Of a DNA stretch of 33,195 bases, positions 8,671-17,104 are shown one piece after another. Each line of letters begins with the position of its first letter. Position 1 is the first letter of the stretch. The stretch comes from Bacteroidota bacterium (GTDB taxonomy: Bacteria; Bacteroidota; Bacteroidia; Cytophagales; Spirosomataceae), in the NCBI GenBank assembly GCA_039798865.1, contig JBDKFF010000129.1, positions 1-33,195 on the forward strand, read 5' to 3'. A program made the translations under genes and the position numbers. The notes under the pieces were generated by a model. It saw only the letters and a list, made by a program, of their open reading frames with translations, was not told where the DNA came from and did not search any database.

Positions 8671-8913
8671 CTAGTTCTTTGCGTAACGCTTGTTGAACTT
8701 GTCTACGCGACCTGTTGTATCTAACAATACATTTTTACCTGTGTAGAAAGGGTGAGATTGAGATGAAACCTCTAGCTTGTAAACTGGGTAAGTTGCGCCT
8801 TCGAATTCAGTCGTTTCCGTTGTTTGAACGCAAGAACGAGTTAAGAATTTGTAATCCGCTGATAAATCATGAAATACAACTTCTTTGTATTCTGGGTGGA
8901 TATCTTTTTTCAT
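8671..8913 (-). CDS. rpmE: 50S ribosomal protein L31, type B (no zinc-ribbon CxxC pairs)
   Basis: [36 protein letters not shown]; 80 aa with a single Cys. Confidence 0.97.
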   Translation of the reverse strand: MKKDIHPEYKEVVFHDLSADYKFLTRSCVQTTETTEFEGATYPVYKLEVSSQSHPFYTGKNVLLDTTGRVDKFNKRYAKN

Positions 8914-8998
8914 TGCTTTTTGTAAAATGACGATTCCCTGCCGTCTGTTTTAAATAGTAGAAGAAATCTCTGGGAATAGACTTCATTTAATCGGGTTG

Positions 8999-9029
8999 CA
9001 AAATTAATTATTATCTACATAAATACAAA
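8999..9029 (-). promoter_or_regulatory. Bacteroidota housekeeping-sigma promoter for rpmE
   Basis: On the minus strand: TTTG (9029-9026), 19-nt spacer, TAATTTTG (9006-8999). Full match to the -33/-7 consensus. Confidence 0.75.
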
Positions 9030-9206
9030 TCACACGCGTATATATTTTTTGATAAAATCAAAGCCTAAAAGCCCTCAAAAAATTTTTAAAAAATATTTTA
9101 TGGTACTTTTCCAAGAGGCATACGGCCATTGGATTTTCCTAAGGCGCTATCTCATAGTGTATTTTAAATATGTAATATTTTTCACCTGTTTTAGCTTGGA
9201 AAAATG

Positions 9207-9238
9207 TTTGCACGGGCTCTCAAATTTTTCTAATTTTA
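9207..9238 (+). promoter_or_regulatory. Putative promoter for nrdA
   Basis: TTTG (9207-9210), 20-nt spacer, TAATTTTA (9231-9238; one mismatch to TAnnTTTG). Confidence 0.55.
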
Positions 9239-9242
9239 CATA

Positions 9243-9395
9243 GTGCCCAAGCCGCTGGAAGTGCCTCAATTTTCAGTATACGAAAAGCCAAAAAACAAAA
9301 CCGCCAACCGACTGATTTTAGCCATAAAAAGGTCGATCAAAAATAAGAAAAACAAATTCTTAGGCGGGAGTGTTTATGCTTTTAGGTTAGGGTGC
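9243..9395 (+). ncRNA. Candidate structured 5' leader RNA of nrdA (unassigned family)
   Basis: Manually nested stems: 9243-9253/9385-9395, 9254-9261/9270-9277, 9283-9288/9378-9383, 9301-9305/9363-9367, 9309-9313/9331-9335, 9344-9349/9357-9362. No covariation data available. Confidence 0.35.
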
Positions 9396-9436
9396 AACAA
9401 ATTGATTATTCTAATTTTTTATTCTATAAGAAACAC

Positions 9437-11890
9437 ATGTACGTAATTAAAAGAGACGGTCGTCGCGAATCTGTCAAGTTTGACAAAATCACAGCTCGAA
9501 TTGAAAAGTTGTGCTACAGCTTGGATCCATTTTTTGTTCAGCCTTTAGAGGTGGCAAGAAAGGTTATTTCGGGTTTATATGATGGGGTGAAGACGACTGA
9601 ATTGGATAATTTAGCAGCGGAGACGGCGGCTTCTTTGACAACAAAGCACCCAGATTATGCTACGTTAGCTGCACGTATTGCGATTTCAAATCTGCATAAA
9701 AACACGTTAAAGTCGTTTTCTGCGACAATGAAGCGTCTTTACACTTACATCGATCCGAAGACAGGTCAGAATGCTGCCCTTCTTTCGAAGGAGGTTTATG
9801 ACATCATCAAGAAGAATGCCGTTGAGTTAGATGAGGCGATTATCTATGACCGGGATTTCGGTTACGATTACTTTGGATTTAAGACCTTAGAGAAATCATA
9901 CTTATTGAAGTTGGACGGTGCTATTGCTGAGCGTCCTCAACACATGTTGATGCGTGTTGCAGTAGGTATCCACGGAGCTGACATTGCAGCTGCCATTCAT
10001 ACATACAATTTGTTATCTGAGCGTTGGTTTACACATGCTACACCGACCTTATTTAATGCAGGTACTCCGAAGCCTCAAATGTCATCATGTTTCTTGCTAG
10101 CTATGCAGGATGATTCAATCGAAGGAATCTATGATACCTTGAAGCAAACAGCTAAGATTTCACAGTCGGCTGGAGGTATTGGATTGAGCATTCACAATGT
10201 GCGTGCAACAGGATCTTACATCAAGGGAACCAACGGTACATCGAATGGTATTATTCCTATGTTGCGTGTGTTTAACGATACGGCACGTTACGTAGATCAA
10301 GGGGGTGGAAAGCGTAAAGGATCATTCGCGATTTACTTGGAGCCATGGCATGCAGATGTGTTTGATTTCTTGGAATTGAAAAAGAACCACGGTAAGGAAG
10401 AAATGCGTGCGCGTGATTTGTTCTATGCCTTGTGGATTCCGGATTTATTCATGAAGCGTGTGGAAAGCAACGAGGAGTGGTCATTGTTCTGCCCACATGA
10501 GTGTCCAGGTTTATCAGATGCCTACGGTGAAGAATTTGAAGCATTATACCACAAATACGAATTAGAAGGAAAAGCGCGTGCGACTGTGAAGGCGCAAGAG
10601 CTATGGTTTAAAGTGTTGGAGTCGCAAACAGAGACAGGTACACCGTATATGTTGTACAAGGATCATGCGAACAACAAATCCAACCAAAAGAATCTAGGTA
10701 CAATCAAGTCATCGAACTTGTGTACGGAGATTATGGAATATACATCGAAAGATGAAGTAGCTGTATGTAACTTAGCATCATTGGCATTACCTAAATATGT
10801 TCGTACGAACGAGCAAGGCGTTGCTGAATTTGATCATGCGAAATTATACGAGGTAACAAAGGCTGCTACGGTCAACTTGAATAAAATCATTGATGTAAAT
10901 TACTATCCAGTGCCAGAGGCGCGTAACTCGAACTTACGTCACCGTCCAATTGGTCTAGGAGTACAAGGTTTAGCGGACGTGTTTATCATGTTACGTATGC
11001 CATTCGAATCAGATGCTGCGAAGCAATTGAACAAAGACATCTTCGAAACAATTTATTTCGCATCGATGGAAGCGTCGATGGAATTAGCGAAAGTAGAAGG
11101 TCCATATTCAACTTGGGAAGGTTCACCTATTTCAAAAGGTATTTTCCAATTCGATATGTGGAATGTTACACCATCTTCAGGAAACTGGGATTGGGAGAAG
11201 TTACGTCAGCAAGTAGTAGAGCATGGTGTTCGTAACTCCTTGTTAGTTGCGCCGATGCCAACGGCCTCTACGAGCCAAATCTTGGGTAACAACGAGTGCT
11301 TTGAGCCATACACATCGAACATCTATGCGCGTCGCGTATTGTCAGGTGAGTTTGCAGTTGTTAACAAGCACTTGTTGAAAGACTTGATTAAGTTAAACTT
11401 GTGGAACGAATCAATGAAGAACAAATTGATCTCTGCGAATGGATCTGTTCAAAACATTCCTGAGATTCCACAAGACCTGAAAGAATTGTACAAAACAGTT
11501 TGGGAGATTAAGCAAAAAACCATTTTGGAAATGGCCGCAGATCGTGGAGCTTACATCTGTCAATCACAAAGCTTAAATATTCATATTCAAGATGTGAACT
11601 TTGGTAAGTTGACATCTATGCACTTCCATGCTTGGAAGCTTGGCTTGAAGACAGGTATGTACTACCTACGTACGAAAGCTGCAGCGGATGCGATTAAGTT
11701 TACCATCGAGAAGCAAGCAGAAGTGGCGATTGAGCAATCCAATGATGTGCACGAGACGGAGTTGCAATACGCAGCTCACGCAGCACAAGCAGCGGCAGCG
11801 GCTTCATTCTCAACTGATGATGCGCAGAACCGTGCGGACATGACATGTTCTTTGGATAATCCAGAAGCATGCGAGGCTTGCGGCTCATAA
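9437..11890 (+). CDS. nrdA: Class Ia ribonucleoside-diphosphate reductase, alpha subunit, with N-terminal ATP cone
   Basis: [18 protein letters not shown] (ATP cone), [20 protein letters not shown] (catalytic Cys/Glu), [24 protein letters not shown]-terminal CEACGS. Start at ATG 9437. Confidence 0.98.
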   Translation: MYVIKRDGRRESVKFDKITARIEKLCYSLDPFFVQPLEVARKVISGLYDGVKTTELDNLAAETAASLTTKHPDYATLAARIAISNLHKNTLKSFSATMKRLYTYIDPKTGQNAALLSKEVYDIIKKNAVELDEAIIYDRDFGYDYFGFKTLEKSYLLKLDGAIAERPQHMLMRVAVGIHGADIAAAIHTYNLLSERWFTHATPTLFNAGTPKPQMSSCFLLAMQDDSIEGIYDTLKQTAKISQSAGGIGLSIHNVRATGSYIKGTNGTSNGIIPMLRVFNDTARYVDQGGGKRKGSFAIYLEPWHADVFDFLELKKNHGKEEMRARDLFYALWIPDLFMKRVESNEEWSLFCPHECPGLSDAYGEEFEALYHKYELEGKARATVKAQELWFKVLESQTETGTPYMLYKDHANNKSNQKNLGTIKSSNLCTEIMEYTSKDEVAVCNLASLALPKYVRTNEQGVAEFDHAKLYEVTKAATVNLNKIIDVNYYPVPEARNSNLRHRPIGLGVQGLADVFIMLRMPFESDAAKQLNKDIFETIYFASMEASMELAKVEGPYSTWEGSPISKGIFQFDMWNVTPSSGNWDWEKLRQQVVEHGVRNSLLVAPMPTASTSQILGNNECFEPYTSNIYARRVLSGEFAVVNKHLLKDLIKLNLWNESMKNKLISANGSVQNIPEIPQDLKELYKTVWEIKQKTILEMAADRGAYICQSQSLNIHIQDVNFGKLTSMHFHAWKLGLKTGMYYLRTKAAADAIKFTIEKQAEVAIEQSNDVHETELQYAAHAAQAAAAASFSTDDAQNRADMTCSLDNPEACEACGS

Positions 11891-11912
11891 TTAGTCACGC
11901 AATTTTATATCA

Positions 11913-11944
11913 AAAATCACCTAGTCGAAAGATTAGGTGATTTT
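11913..11944 (+). terminator. Intrinsic terminator after nrdA
   Basis: aaaatcacctagtc-GAAA-gattaggtgatttt hairpin 22 nt after the stop, followed by a T-rich tail. Confidence 0.8.
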
Positions 11945-11960
11945 CATATTTTAGGATGTT

Positions 11961-13556
11961 ATGCAAATAAAGAAAGAACTGTATTTTTTCGTATTTCTCG
12001 GATTGATTCTGTTGGCTCTCTTTTTGCGGGTATACCATTTGGGGACATTTAGTTTATTCTCCGATGAACGTTCAAGCGTCTTGCTGGGCGTAGCAAATAC
12101 CAATCAAGGCGGAATGGGTGAATTGATGCGCCCCGACAAAACCTTTACCCCTGCGGATTTCTGGGCTCCTCGTGGCATTAAATCTTGGCTCGATGCAGAT
12201 GCCCGCGGGGATGTTAGTGGAAATAGCCTGGTTCACGACATGATGCTGAAATTATTTGCCTGGTTATTTGGTAAAGGGGATGCAGCGATGCGGAGTGTTT
12301 CGGTTTTCTTCAACATGCTGACTGTCTGGCTCATGTTTCGGTGGGGGAGGCAGTTTTCCAAGGCGAATGTTTGGACCTTAGCCATTGTTTTTTTTGCGGC
12401 GATTGAGCCTTTTTATGTGATTTACAGCCAACAGGCTCGTAATTATGCTACCAGTTTATTTTTTACGACGGCTTCCAATTACCTATTTTGGCTATTAGTC
12501 ATCAAACGTAACGGCGAACTTAACCGAAATACTAAATACTTGGCTCTGTGGGTGCTGGCATCTTTGGGTGCTTTGTTTAGTACGTACTTGACGGCCCTCG
12601 CCTTAGTAGGGCAATTTGTTTATCTCGTCTTTTTTGTTCGCGATAAATCGATTTGGCTCCGTATGAGCTCCCGTCTTGTCATTGTTTTGTTACCTTTTAT
12701 TGCCTGGTTTGTCTGGGGCCCTGCCCGGTATTTCATGGATTTTCAGGCGAATGCCGCCGACCAGTTATTGACATACATAAAGAAAAATGGCGAAGTACCA
12801 GGATGGTTGGAATTTGCTTCGCCATCAAACCTATTCAAGCGTACGGTATCGATTGTGTCAGATCATTTTTTCTGGACTAATGATTTGTATGCTAAGCACG
12901 GATATAAGATAGGTAGTATTTTGTTGCTTATCTTTTTGTTTTTGGTTTTTCAATGGATCAAGTCACTGGATAAGGCCGTTCGAGGCATATATGTCTTGGG
13001 GATCATACAGATAGGTTTACCCGTATTATTTCTATTCGCCGCGGCGGTGAATGCCGGAACCACCTCGGGTTTCTTTTTGCGATATGCATGCTTTGGGCTA
13101 CCTTTTGGGATATTTATATCGGTTGGCGTATTTCAGTATTTTCTTAGCCAAGCCATTTGGTATCGAATATTTGCTTGTGTATTCTTGCTTGCTCAGACCT
13201 ATCAGTTAGTACAACTATTCACGCCGTTGTATTCCGACCAAAAACAAAAATATACCTTTTCTGTGGGACGAGGACCTAATCCATATCCCATCATTGCTGC
13301 AAGTATTCAGGCGAAATATCTACCCGGAGATACAGTTGTATATCCTTCTTCCAAGGCCAATCTGCTCGATTCTAAATACTTACGCAACTTGGTCATCGAT
13401 CCATTGGATGCACAGAATGTAAATCTTTATTTGAATGATACCGATTCATTCATTCAGCGGGTTGATCCTTACATGCAAGATTCAGTACTGTTGAAAAGGA
13501 AAAACGGACAAGTCGAAGTTCTTTTTGATTTTAAGAAAGGTAAATACAGATACTAA
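11961..13556 (+). CDS. Polytopic membrane glycosyltransferase, GT-C fold (GT39/ArnT-like)
   Basis: First TM followed by LR.YHLG..SLFSDE (DE motif), R..SV.F, YSQQARNYA, and many hydrophobic segments. Confidence 0.75.
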   Translation: MQIKKELYFFVFLGLILLALFLRVYHLGTFSLFSDERSSVLLGVANTNQGGMGELMRPDKTFTPADFWAPRGIKSWLDADARGDVSGNSLVHDMMLKLFAWLFGKGDAAMRSVSVFFNMLTVWLMFRWGRQFSKANVWTLAIVFFAAIEPFYVIYSQQARNYATSLFFTTASNYLFWLLVIKRNGELNRNTKYLALWVLASLGALFSTYLTALALVGQFVYLVFFVRDKSIWLRMSSRLVIVLLPFIAWFVWGPARYFMDFQANAADQLLTYIKKNGEVPGWLEFASPSNLFKRTVSIVSDHFFWTNDLYAKHGYKIGSILLLIFLFLVFQWIKSLDKAVRGIYVLGIIQIGLPVLFLFAAAVNAGTTSGFFLRYACFGLPFGIFISVGVFQYFLSQAIWYRIFACVFLLAQTYQLVQLFTPLYSDQKQKYTFSVGRGPNPYPIIAASIQAKYLPGDTVVYPSSKANLLDSKYLRNLVIDPLDAQNVNLYLNDTDSFIQRVDPYMQDSVLLKRKNGQVEVLFDFKKGKYRY

Positions 13557-14182
13557 TGCATTCGAAGAAAATCCTTGTCGCCTATGGAATTGTATCAATC
13601 ATCGAATTGGCGATGGCTCATTCTTCCGTTCGCTATGTGACGAAACCCTTGTTGATGATTTTATTAGCTGCCTATGTTTACGCGGGAAATTTGAATTTAG
13701 CAGCGCAAAGGACTTTGTTTGTTACTTTGTTATTTGCTTGGCTGGGAGATGTGTTTCTTCTAATCCCGGGAAATAATCCTTTGTTTTTCCAGTTAGGGCT
13801 TGCCTCTTTTTTGTTCATGCAAGTTGCCTATATTCGTCAGTTTATTCGTTTCGGGGCATTGAAATGGTCTTGGTGGTTGATACCGGTGCTTTTGTATGTC
13901 GTCGGTTTCTTGGCCTATTTATACCCGCTGTTACCCGCCGCATTGGTAGGTCCCGTGATTGTTTACGCCCTCGCCTTGGGTTCGATGTTGTATTTTGCTT
14001 TTCAATTACGCGTTTCGGCGCTGACTTTAGGAGCCGTTTTATTTGTTCTATCGGATAGTTTATTAGCTTTTGCCAAGTTTAAATTTGAATATCCTTGGAA
14101 TTCGTTTGCGGTCATGTCTACTTATATCCTTGCTCAATTGTTACTCATTCAGGCATTGTGTAAATTGCATGCTCAGCGATAA
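13556..14182 (+). CDS. YhhN/TMEM86-family membrane protein (lysoplasmalogenase family)
   Basis: TKPLLM, LGDVFL, F.LGLASFL..QVAY, GAVLFVLSDSLLA, MSTYILAQ. Start overlaps the previous stop (TAATG). Confidence 0.85.
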   Translation: MHSKKILVAYGIVSIIELAMAHSSVRYVTKPLLMILLAAYVYAGNLNLAAQRTLFVTLLFAWLGDVFLLIPGNNPLFFQLGLASFLFMQVAYIRQFIRFGALKWSWWLIPVLLYVVGFLAYLYPLLPAALVGPVIVYALALGSMLYFAFQLRVSALTLGAVLFVLSDSLLAFAKFKFEYPWNSFAVMSTYILAQLLLIQALCKLHAQR

Positions 14183-14188
14183 TTTCAG

Positions 14189-17104
14189 ATGCTCATGGAT
14201 GCTCACGTTCTCAATCAATTAGCGACAAAATTACAAGGTGCATTGCATACGGATTCCGTCATGCGAACTTTGTATGCGACAGATGCCTCAGCCTATCGTG
14301 AGATGCCGCTGGGTGTTGCTATCCCTGAGACCATTCAGGATATTGAGACCTTGATTCAATTCGCGGACCAACATCAGATTCCCTTAATTCCTAGAACGGC
14401 TGGTACTTCTTTGGCTGGGCAGGTAGTGGGAAATGGTCTTGTGGTGGATGTTTCCAAGCATTTCAACCGGATTTTAGAGGTTAATGCGGAGGAGTCCTAT
14501 GCTTGGGTCGAGCCCGGGGTTGTTCGTGATGTATTGAATGTCGAGTTGAAAAAGCATGGATTGTTTTTTGGGCCCGAAACTTCTACAGCCAATCGAGCGA
14601 TGATTGGAGGGATGTTAGGGAATAACTCGTGTGGTTCTAATTCAGTTATTTATGGGTCTACCCGAGATCACGTGTTGGAGGTAGAGGGTTACCTCTCCGA
14701 CGGGACTTTCGTTCATTTTAAGGCAGAGGATCCCCATCAGACGGTTCAAAGCCTTCAGCCGGGTTCACGCCTTTACAACATTTATGCACATACGATTGCC
14801 GCTTTATCAAATCCGGTCAATCAAAAAAATATTCAATCCGAGTTTCCTAAGCCTACGATTAAACGCCGTAATACGGGTTATGCGGTTGATATGTTATTGA
14901 ACTCGGAGGCATTTATTCCCGGTCAATCACCTTTTAATTTTTGTGCTTTATTGGCAGGTTCTGAAGGAACCCTGTGTTTTGTAACACGGATTAAAGTACA
15001 TGTAGATCCTCTCCCTCCTACACATTTGGGATTGGTTTGTGCGCATTTTAATACGATTGATGAGGCTTTACGTGCCAATTTAATTGCCTTGCGTTTCAAT
15101 CCATCTGCGTCGGAGTTAATGGATCATTATATTTTGGAATGCACCAAAGCAAATGCCGAACAAAGTCAAAATCGATTCTTTGTGGAAGGGGACCCTGGCG
15201 CCATTCTGGTCGTTGAATTGCGTTCGGATAATGCAGCGGATTTAGCAAAGCAAGCCAAAGCTGTCGAGGAGGCCATGTTGGCCGAAAATCTGGGCTATCA
15301 TTTCCCTTTCGTGACGGGTGGGGATGTAAAGAAAGTTTGGGACTTACGTAAGGCAGGGTTGGGACTTTTGTCGAATCTTCCCGGGGACGAAAAGGCTGTG
15401 GCGGTGATCGAAGACACGGCGGTCGATGTGAATGATTTGCCGGCCTTTATTGCCGAATTCAATGAGATTTTAGCTGCGAATAATTTATACTGTGTGCATT
15501 ATGCGCATGCCGGTTCGGGTGAATTGCACTTGCGGCCAATCATCAACTTAAAGACAGAAGAGGGCCATAAACAATTCCGTCATATAGCGGAAGAGATCGC
15601 CCACTTGGTCAAAAAATACCAAGGATCCTTATCAGGTGAGCATGGCGATGGTCGTTTGCGTGGGGAATTTATTCCTTGGATGGTGGGCGATGATAATTAT
15701 CAATTAATGCGCGAATTGAAATCTTGGTGGGATCCGAAAGGAATTTTTAACCCCAATAAGATTGTGGATACGCCGCCGATGGATACGTTTTTGCGGTATG
15801 AGGCGGGCCAACAAACGCCTGAATTCCAGACGGCATTTCGCTACCATGACCAGGATGTTTTGCAACATGCCGAGCAGTGCAATGGTTCAGGAGACTGTCG
15901 GAAAACGCCTGTTTCAGGAGGAACGATGTGTCCTTCCTTCATGGCTACGCGCAATGAAAAGGAAACAACCCGTGCACGTGCGAATATTCTACGTGAATTC
16001 TTGACCCGTTCCACCAAACCAAATCGATTTGATCATCATGAGATCAAAGAGGTGATGGATCTATGTTTAGCTTGTAAGGGGTGCAAGGCGGAATGTCCTT
16101 CTAATGTCGATGTAGCTAAATTAAAGATGGAGTTCCTTTATCAATATCAAAAAGAAAATGGAACGCCGATTCGCAGTCGCCTTATTGGTCATTTTGCAAC
16201 GATATCATCCATCGCATCTAAAGTTCCGTTCTTGTATAACCTCGTGATGGGTACTCCGGTTTTTCGTCGGATAGCCAACCGCGTTGTTGGTTTCCATCCA
16301 GATCGCACCATGCCTTTATTGGCGAAGCAAACACTTTGGTCTTGGTTGAAAGGGCGGAAGTCTATTCAGTCTACCAAGTCGGTTTACTTGTTTGTGGATG
16401 AGTTTACTAATTTCAATGATGCCGAAGTAGGCCGTAAAGCCGTTTTGCTACTTGAGGCATTGGGATATGAGGTTCGGACCTTATCGCATCCGATTTCGGG
16501 ACGTTCATTCCTGTCCAAAGGAATGTTAGATGAGGCACGTAAATTGGCTCAGGCGAATGTGGAATTATGGTCAAGTTTAGTGAGTGAAAATATTCCTTTG
16601 GTGGGAATAGAGCCATCCGCAATTTTGACATTCCGGGATGAGTATCCGGATTTAGTTTCGGAGGCTTGGTTAGCGAAGTCGAAAGAATTAAGCAAGCATG
16701 TATTGCTGTTAGAGGAATTCATTGCGCGGGAGGCGGATGCCAAACGCATTGATCGTAAATTATTTGCGACGGATAAGAAACTGCTAAAATTACATGGTCA
16801 TTGCCAACAAAAATCAATGAGCTCATTGGTGGCAGCTAAGAAGGCTTTGTCTTTGCCAGAAAATTTTGAGGTGCAGTTAATTCCATCGGGATGTTGTGGA
16901 ATGGCGGGTTCTTTTGGTTATGAGAAGGAACACTACGATTTATCGATGCAGATTGGGGAATTAGTCTTGTTCCCAACGGTGCGTTCTCAGCCAGCTGAGG
17001 TAGAAATTGTGGCATCCGGAACGAGTTGTAGGCATCAAATCCACGACGGTACGCAACGCCACGCGAAGCATACCGCCGAGATCTTATTTGAGGCCTTGGC
17101 CTAG
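14189..17104 (+). CDS. FAD-binding, Fe-S-containing oxidoreductase (GlcD/GlcF fusion, YdiJ-like)
   Basis: PRTAGTSLAGQ, IGGMLGNNSCG, GSEGTL, HAGSGELH, GEHGDG (FAD-oxidase C domain), CLACKGCKAECP (4Fe-4S), HGHC and GCCG (CCG domain). Confidence 0.88.
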   Translation: MLMDAHVLNQLATKLQGALHTDSVMRTLYATDASAYREMPLGVAIPETIQDIETLIQFADQHQIPLIPRTAGTSLAGQVVGNGLVVDVSKHFNRILEVNAEESYAWVEPGVVRDVLNVELKKHGLFFGPETSTANRAMIGGMLGNNSCGSNSVIYGSTRDHVLEVEGYLSDGTFVHFKAEDPHQTVQSLQPGSRLYNIYAHTIAALSNPVNQKNIQSEFPKPTIKRRNTGYAVDMLLNSEAFIPGQSPFNFCALLAGSEGTLCFVTRIKVHVDPLPPTHLGLVCAHFNTIDEALRANLIALRFNPSASELMDHYILECTKANAEQSQNRFFVEGDPGAILVVELRSDNAADLAKQAKAVEEAMLAENLGYHFPFVTGGDVKKVWDLRKAGLGLLSNLPGDEKAVAVIEDTAVDVNDLPAFIAEFNEILAANNLYCVHYAHAGSGELHLRPIINLKTEEGHKQFRHIAEEIAHLVKKYQGSLSGEHGDGRLRGEFIPWMVGDDNYQLMRELKSWWDPKGIFNPNKIVDTPPMDTFLRYEAGQQTPEFQTAFRYHDQDVLQHAEQCNGSGDCRKTPVSGGTMCPSFMATRNEKETTRARANILREFLTRSTKPNRFDHHEIKEVMDLCLACKGCKAECPSNVDVAKLKMEFLYQYQKENGTPIRSRLIGHFATISSIASKVPFLYNLVMGTPVFRRIANRVVGFHPDRTMPLLAKQTLWSWLKGRKSIQSTKSVYLFVDEFTNFNDAEVGRKAVLLLEALGYEVRTLSHPISGRSFLSKGMLDEARKLAQANVELWSSLVSENIPLVGIEPSAILTFRDEYPDLVSEAWLAKSKELSKHVLLLEEFIAREADAKRIDRKLFATDKKLLKLHGHCQQKSMSSLVAAKKALSLPENFEVQLIPSGCCGMAGSFGYEKEHYDLSMQIGELVLFPTVRSQPAEVEIVASGTSCRHQIHDGTQRHAKHTAEILFEALA

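Noticed and set aside
9144-9160. GCGCTATCTCATAGTGT as an NrdR box
   Set aside because: It is a single copy with the wrong length and several mismatches to the 16-bp consensus, and NrdR is reported as generally absent in this phylum.
9243-9395. Cobalamin riboswitch upstream of nrdA
   Set aside because: The conserved GGGAA, GCCACTG and AGxCAGxAxAC-type B12-box elements are not present.
9049-9446. ORFs 9049-9243 and 9243-9446 as small proteins or leader peptides
   Set aside because: They have non-ATG starts and low-complexity K/F-rich translations typical of AT-rich intergenic DNA, and the first spans the predicted promoter. Ribosome profiling could revisit the second.
11700-11890. Ala-rich stretch in NrdA as an intein or insertion
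   Set aside because: It has no intein terminal motifs and fits the flexible linker before the C-terminal redox cysteines.
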